A model generated the notes under the pieces. The model did not search any database and had not been told where the DNA came from. It saw nothing but the letters and a program-made list of their open reading frames with translations. DNA of 58,535 nt from Akkermansia muciniphila. Its GTDB lineage: Bacteria; Verrucomicrobiota; Verrucomicrobiia; Chthoniobacterales; Chthoniobacteraceae. The stretch covers positions 1-58,535 of the forward strand of contig CAMCYN010000001.1 of assembly GCA_945883955.1 (NCBI GenBank). Reading direction: 5' to 3'. Within the stretch, counting starts at the first letter, position 1. Each line of letters opens with the position of its first letter. Made by a program: the position numbers and the translations under genes. Of this stretch, positions 54,818 to 58,535 are shown one piece after another.

Positions 54818-56400
54818 TCCTTAGTGAATTTGGAAATGGGACTATGGAAAACAAAGCCACGAACAATCACGGCAATGGCTCTGAAGGTAAGTTAAAAAAA
54901 GCCGAACCCGTAACCATTCGCAAGTTACCCTCGGGAGTCCCCGGTCTGGACGACATTATAGGAGGAGGAATTCCGGAATTTTCCTGCAACATGATTGCCG
55001 GCGCTCCCGGGGGCGGTAAAACAACCTTGGCGAATCAAATCGTTTTTAAAAACGCTACGATCGAATCGCCTGCGCTTTATTTTACCGTGTTGGGTGAATC
55101 TTCCGTAAAAATGCTGCGTTATCAGCAGCAATATTCGTTTTTTGATATAACCAAAGTCGGGAAAGCGGTGCAGTACTTTAACCTCGGGCAGCATGTCATG
55201 GAACATGACTTGGAGGCGGTGCTTCAGGAGATCATTAAACAGGTCACTATTACGAAGGCCGGTATAGTCGTAGTCGACTCGTTCCGCTCGGTGCTGCGAG
55301 CCGTTTCAGCGAAAGCAAACGAGACAGAAACGCAGTCCTTCGCGCAGCGACTGGTTCAATTTTTAAGCACTTGGGAAACCACTTCCTTTTTGGTTGGAGA
55401 ATATTTTCCGGATGAAGTTCGCCATAGCGCTATATTCACTGTGACGGATGGTATTGTATGGTTATCCCAGGAGGTGGAAAGAAATTCCGTGATCCGCAAG
55501 CTACAAGTCATGAAATTGCGGGGACAGGCCACGGTTCCCGGATTACATACGATGCGTATTACGAGTGATGGCGTACAGGCTTTTGCCCGGACTATGGGGT
55601 TGATTGGCCCCCGTAATAGTAGCGATAAAAAGCGCCGCCTTTCCTTTGGGATTCCTGAGCTGGATAAAATGATGGGGGGCGGAATTTTAGAAGGGGATAG
55701 CATCCTGGTAGCGGGCCCCTCGGGTACCGGGAAGTCAGCGTTGGCGACCCAGTTTATTGAGGCGGGACTACAAAACGGAGAGCCCGCTATTATGGCCATA
55801 TTCGAGGAGGAACCCGACGGTTACATAGGCAGAGCCCACGGCTTCGGCCTGGATTTAAAGACGCCACAACAGAAAGGGTCCCTGGAGATTTTGTATTTGC
55901 GTCCGCTGGACCTGTCCGTGGAAGAAACCATGCAAGAGATTTTGGATGCGATAGTCAGGGTTGGAGCTAAGCGGCTGGTGATTGATTCACTCGTGGGTTT
56001 TGAAATGGCTTTGGCCCCCGGTTTCCGGGCGGACTTTAGGGAATCGCTTTATCGCATGATTGGGGCGTTGACGGGTGCGGGGGTGACCATCCTCAGTACG
56101 GTGGAGGTCGAGGACAATTTTCAGTCCCTTCAATTTAGCCACTATGCGATTTCATTTCTAACCGATGACATTATCCGCCTCAGATATGTAGAAATAGACG
56201 GCCAGCTACGGAAGGTTTTGGTGGTTATAAAAATGAGGGGCGGAAACCACAGCAAAGATATCCGCGAGTATATCATTACTGAAAAAGGCATGGTGATCAT
56301 AGATCCGCGGCGAACAGATTATGAAAAATTAAGCACCGGACTACCCGAACGGGTTTATGGACGTCAGGAAGTGTCCCCGGAACCAAAATCAACCCCTTAA
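54793..56400 (+). CDS. KaiC-like double RecA-fold ATPase
   Basis: Two tandem halves are present. The first has the GVPGLDDIIGGGIPEFSCNMIAGAPGGGKTTLANQ block and the second has GIPELDKMMGGGILEGDSILVAGPSGTGKSALATQ. The C-terminal part ..IIRLRYVEIDGQLRKVLVVIKMRGGNHSKDIREYIITEKG is KaiC-typical. Confidence 0.85.
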   Translation: MASTSTGVILSEFGNGTMENKATNNHGNGSEGKLKKAEPVTIRKLPSGVPGLDDIIGGGIPEFSCNMIAGAPGGGKTTLANQIVFKNATIESPALYFTVLGESSVKMLRYQQQYSFFDITKVGKAVQYFNLGQHVMEHDLEAVLQEIIKQVTITKAGIVVVDSFRSVLRAVSAKANETETQSFAQRLVQFLSTWETTSFLVGEYFPDEVRHSAIFTVTDGIVWLSQEVERNSVIRKLQVMKLRGQATVPGLHTMRITSDGVQAFARTMGLIGPRNSSDKKRRLSFGIPELDKMMGGGILEGDSILVAGPSGTGKSALATQFIEAGLQNGEPAIMAIFEEEPDGYIGRAHGFGLDLKTPQQKGSLEILYLRPLDLSVEETMQEILDAIVRVGAKRLVIDSLVGFEMALAPGFRADFRESLYRMIGALTGAGVTILSTVEVEDNFQSLQFSHYAISFLTDDIIRLRYVEIDGQLRKVLVVIKMRGGNHSKDIREYIITEKGMVIIDPRRTDYEKLSTGLPERVYGRQEVSPEPKSTP

Positions 56401-56410
56401 CTCCAGCCCT

Positions 56411-57700
56411 ATGGATCGCATCGTGTATTCCACGAATGGAAAAGAAGCGGACGCACTTATTTCCGGGTGTACGGCCCTCTGGAAAGAGGCCCCTATACCA
56501 GTGGTATTGGTTTCAGGCGGTGATCAATTGGTGAGGTATGTGAATCCCGCATTCTGCGCTTTGCTGGGTAAACCGAAAGAGGCGATTGATGGGCAAAGTA
56601 TCCACGAGTTATTGCCGGGAAAGGGCAAAGGGCTAAAGCTGCTCGAGGATGTTTTCTTAACCGGCAATGCCACGCAATACCGGGAGGCTCAGGATTCCGA
56701 TACATCCCTGCTCTCGTGGGCCTACCTAATGTGGCCGGTCGATGTCGGGGAGGGCCGGTTCGGGGTTATTTTACAGTTACAGGTGAGCGAGACCGGGCAT
56801 ATTCAGGAAAATACACTCGCTATGAATGAGGCGCTGATTCTGGGCTCGGTCCGACAGCATAAACTTGCGGAGGCCTCCGATCGGTCGAACACGGAATTAC
56901 AGGCAGAGGTGACTGAGCGAAAGCGGGTGGAGGTCGAACTTCAGGGGGCAAAGAAACAATTGGAGGATCGCGCCGGGCAGCTCGAAAGTTTGGTACTGCA
57001 ACGGACTGCCGAGTTGCGGGCGACCAACAGTCAGCTGGAGGCGTTCGTGTACACGATCGCACATGACCTGCGGGCTCCACTCCGGGCGATGCAGGGATTT
57101 TCGAGCATGTTGCTGGAGGAGTGTACTGCTCTAAGCGAAGGAGCCAGCGACTTCGCCAAACGCATCAGCAAAGCGGCTGAGTTTATGGATGCGATGTTAG
57201 GCGATCTCTTGGATTTTAGCCGGGTAAGCCAGTTGCGCGTGAAGCTGACGCCGGTCAGCCTGGAGCCTCTGGTGGAATCGGTGCTGGTTCGTTTGCAAAA
57301 GGAAATTCAGGACAAAAAAGCCCAGGTTGAAAACATCGGCCCGTGGCCTGCCGTACTGGCCCACGAAATGACGCTGCGCCAGGTCTTGTTTAACCTGGTG
57401 AGTAACGCGCTCAAGTTTACCGACCCGGACAAGGAAGCGCCTTCGCTTCGATTGTGGACGGAAACACGCGGGCCAACCGTTCGTGTCTGGGTCGAAGACA
57501 ATGGAATCGGCATTGACGCCGCGCATCGGGATCAGATCTTCCGTCCGTTTACGCGTCTGCACGGCGAACGGTATGGGGGGACCGGAATTGGATTGGCGAT
57601 TGTGAAGAAAGGAGTGGAACGGATGGGCGGTCTGGTCGGCGTGGAATCGGTTGTGGGCGGTGGATGCCGATTTTGGCTGGACTTGGGAGGGTCTAAATAG
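56411..57700 (+). CDS. PAS-domain sensor histidine kinase (HisKA + HATPase_c), cytoplasmic
   Basis: PAS-like N-region, a coiled coil, H-box FVYTIAHDLRAPLRAMQGF, and N/G boxes (FNLVSNALKFT, DNGIGID, GTGIGLAIVKK). Start ATG 56411 lies 10 nt after the KaiC-like stop. Confidence 0.85.
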   Translation: MDRIVYSTNGKEADALISGCTALWKEAPIPVVLVSGGDQLVRYVNPAFCALLGKPKEAIDGQSIHELLPGKGKGLKLLEDVFLTGNATQYREAQDSDTSLLSWAYLMWPVDVGEGRFGVILQLQVSETGHIQENTLAMNEALILGSVRQHKLAEASDRSNTELQAEVTERKRVEVELQGAKKQLEDRAGQLESLVLQRTAELRATNSQLEAFVYTIAHDLRAPLRAMQGFSSMLLEECTALSEGASDFAKRISKAAEFMDAMLGDLLDFSRVSQLRVKLTPVSLEPLVESVLVRLQKEIQDKKAQVENIGPWPAVLAHEMTLRQVLFNLVSNALKFTDPDKEAPSLRLWTETRGPTVRVWVEDNGIGIDAAHRDQIFRPFTRLHGERYGGTGIGLAIVKKGVERMGGLVGVESVVGGGCRFWLDLGGSK

Positions 57701-57799
57701 CGACTGGCCAGATTGCATAATAACCCGGCGTCTAATATCTATGACCGCTAATACGCCACCTGTTTACCTACGCCACTATGGCGTTCGAGGCCTGTAAGA

Positions 57800-58252
57800 A
57801 TGAATGAAACCCATACATTCCTTTTGGTTGACGACAGTGATAACGATCGATTCCTGACCCGGATTGCCTTTGGAAAGGCTGGTGCTCCTGTTTTGTTACA
57901 GGAGCTTTCAGATGGGGAGGAAGCTATCGCGTACTTGAACGGGGATGGCGTGTATTGTGACAGGCGGGCCTATCCATTACCCACAGTGATGCTGCTGGAC
58001 TTAAAGATGCCGAAGCGGAATGGCTTTGATGTTTTAAGCTGGGTCCGTTCCAAGAAAGCAATAAAGAGACTAGTCATCGTAGTTGTCACAGCATCGGTGC
58101 GTAGTGAGGATGTAAATATGTCTTTCGATTTGGGGGCAAACGCCTTTGTGGTAAAGCCGAGCACAATGGATGAACTAATAGCCATGATTCATAGCCTGGG
58201 GGAATGGCTGAAATACAACCGGTTTGCTCCTTTGACCGACGATGCCGAATGA
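57800..58252 (+). CDS. Single-domain (CheY-like) response regulator receiver
   Basis: LLVDDSDND.., VMLLDLKMPKRNG.., VVVTAS.. and AFVVKP. There is no output domain. Confidence 0.9.
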   Translation: MNETHTFLLVDDSDNDRFLTRIAFGKAGAPVLLQELSDGEEAIAYLNGDGVYCDRRAYPLPTVMLLDLKMPKRNGFDVLSWVRSKKAIKRLVIVVVTASVRSEDVNMSFDLGANAFVVKPSTMDELIAMIHSLGEWLKYNRFAPLTDDAE

Positions 58253-58356
58253 TAGTTCACCATCTGGTTTGTGGTGTCTGGTTTATGGCCGCCTTTGGGC
58301 TGTGTGATGCGAGAGGGGAGCCGCGCATTGTTTTGAGCTCACAGGAAGGATTGTGA
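58249..58356 (+). pseudogene. 35-codon fragment duplicating the signal-peptide-coding 5' end of gene 46107..47093, closed by TGA
   Basis: [35 protein letters not shown]-stop, against MRAVFGVWFLAAFGLCDASAEPRFLLAADNQ. At the DNA level, 58266-58335 matches the reverse complement of 47016-47085 at 61/70 positions, including a 28-nt exact run. The start overlaps the receiver gene stop (ATGA). Confidence 0.5.
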
Positions 58357-58390
58357 GTGAGACACCACTTCCCGAAATGGAGGCTCGTAG

Positions 58391-58535
<145 letters not shown>

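Overview
This is a GC-rich 58.5-kb chromosomal window, most plausibly from a PVC-superphylum bacterium (Verrucomicrobiota or Planctomycetota). I infer that from two DUF1501 + DUF1549/DUF1553 loci, one DUF1552 + DUF1592-family pair, planctomycete-type cytochrome c domains and autotransporter-associated beta-strand repeats. I support about 42 genes and saw no rRNA, tRNA or CRISPR array.

Main blocks, in order:
- 3.3-10.7 kb: a four-gene plus-strand operon (DUF1501, PPC-domain protein, Big_2-DUF1549/DUF1553, PSCyt1-WD40).
- 12.0-19.2 kb: a tightly packed minus-strand operon. It encodes a histidine kinase with discoidin-like sensor modules, a NarL-type regulator, a PSCyt/DUF1553 protein carrying the same discoidin-like module, and a DUF1501 protein.
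- 19.3-20.0 kb: a truncated IS110-family transposase.
- 20.2-28.1 kb: a TpsA/TpsB two-partner secretion pair divergent from an ECF sigma / anti-sigma-like pair. Both units are preceded by a shared ~95-nt element.
- 28.3-37.0 kb: a Ter stress cluster (2x TerD, TerB, ATP-grasp, PRTase-HAD fusion, StiP-like PRTase, HpcH-like lyase, TerC).
- 37.6-42.0 kb: ThuA, LacI, a Tat-signal FAD oxidoreductase and IclR.
- 42.0-53.9 kb: the DUF1552/DUF1592 pair, a secreted propeller-like protein, a ~1365-aa mosaic surface protein, an alpha/beta hydrolase, and a deletion-collapsed relic of a second DUF1592/DUF1552 pair.
- 54.4-58.3 kb: a visibly A/T-richer module (orphan protein, KaiC-like double-RecA ATPase, PAS histidine kinase, single-domain receiver).
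- The window ends inside a perfect 9-nt tandem repeat.

Several rearrangement scars are visible: gene-end micro-duplications of 22, 19 and 70 nt, a response-regulator pseudogene, and the IS relic.

Most interesting candidates:
- the domain-matched two-component/DUF1553-DUF1501 operon;
- the ECF/TPS module with its shared upstream element;
- the KaiB/KaiA-less KaiC-like signalling module;
- the minimal Ter metabolite-biosynthesis cluster.

All family calls come from motif recognition by eye. No database search was run, and alternative start coordinates were hand-counted.
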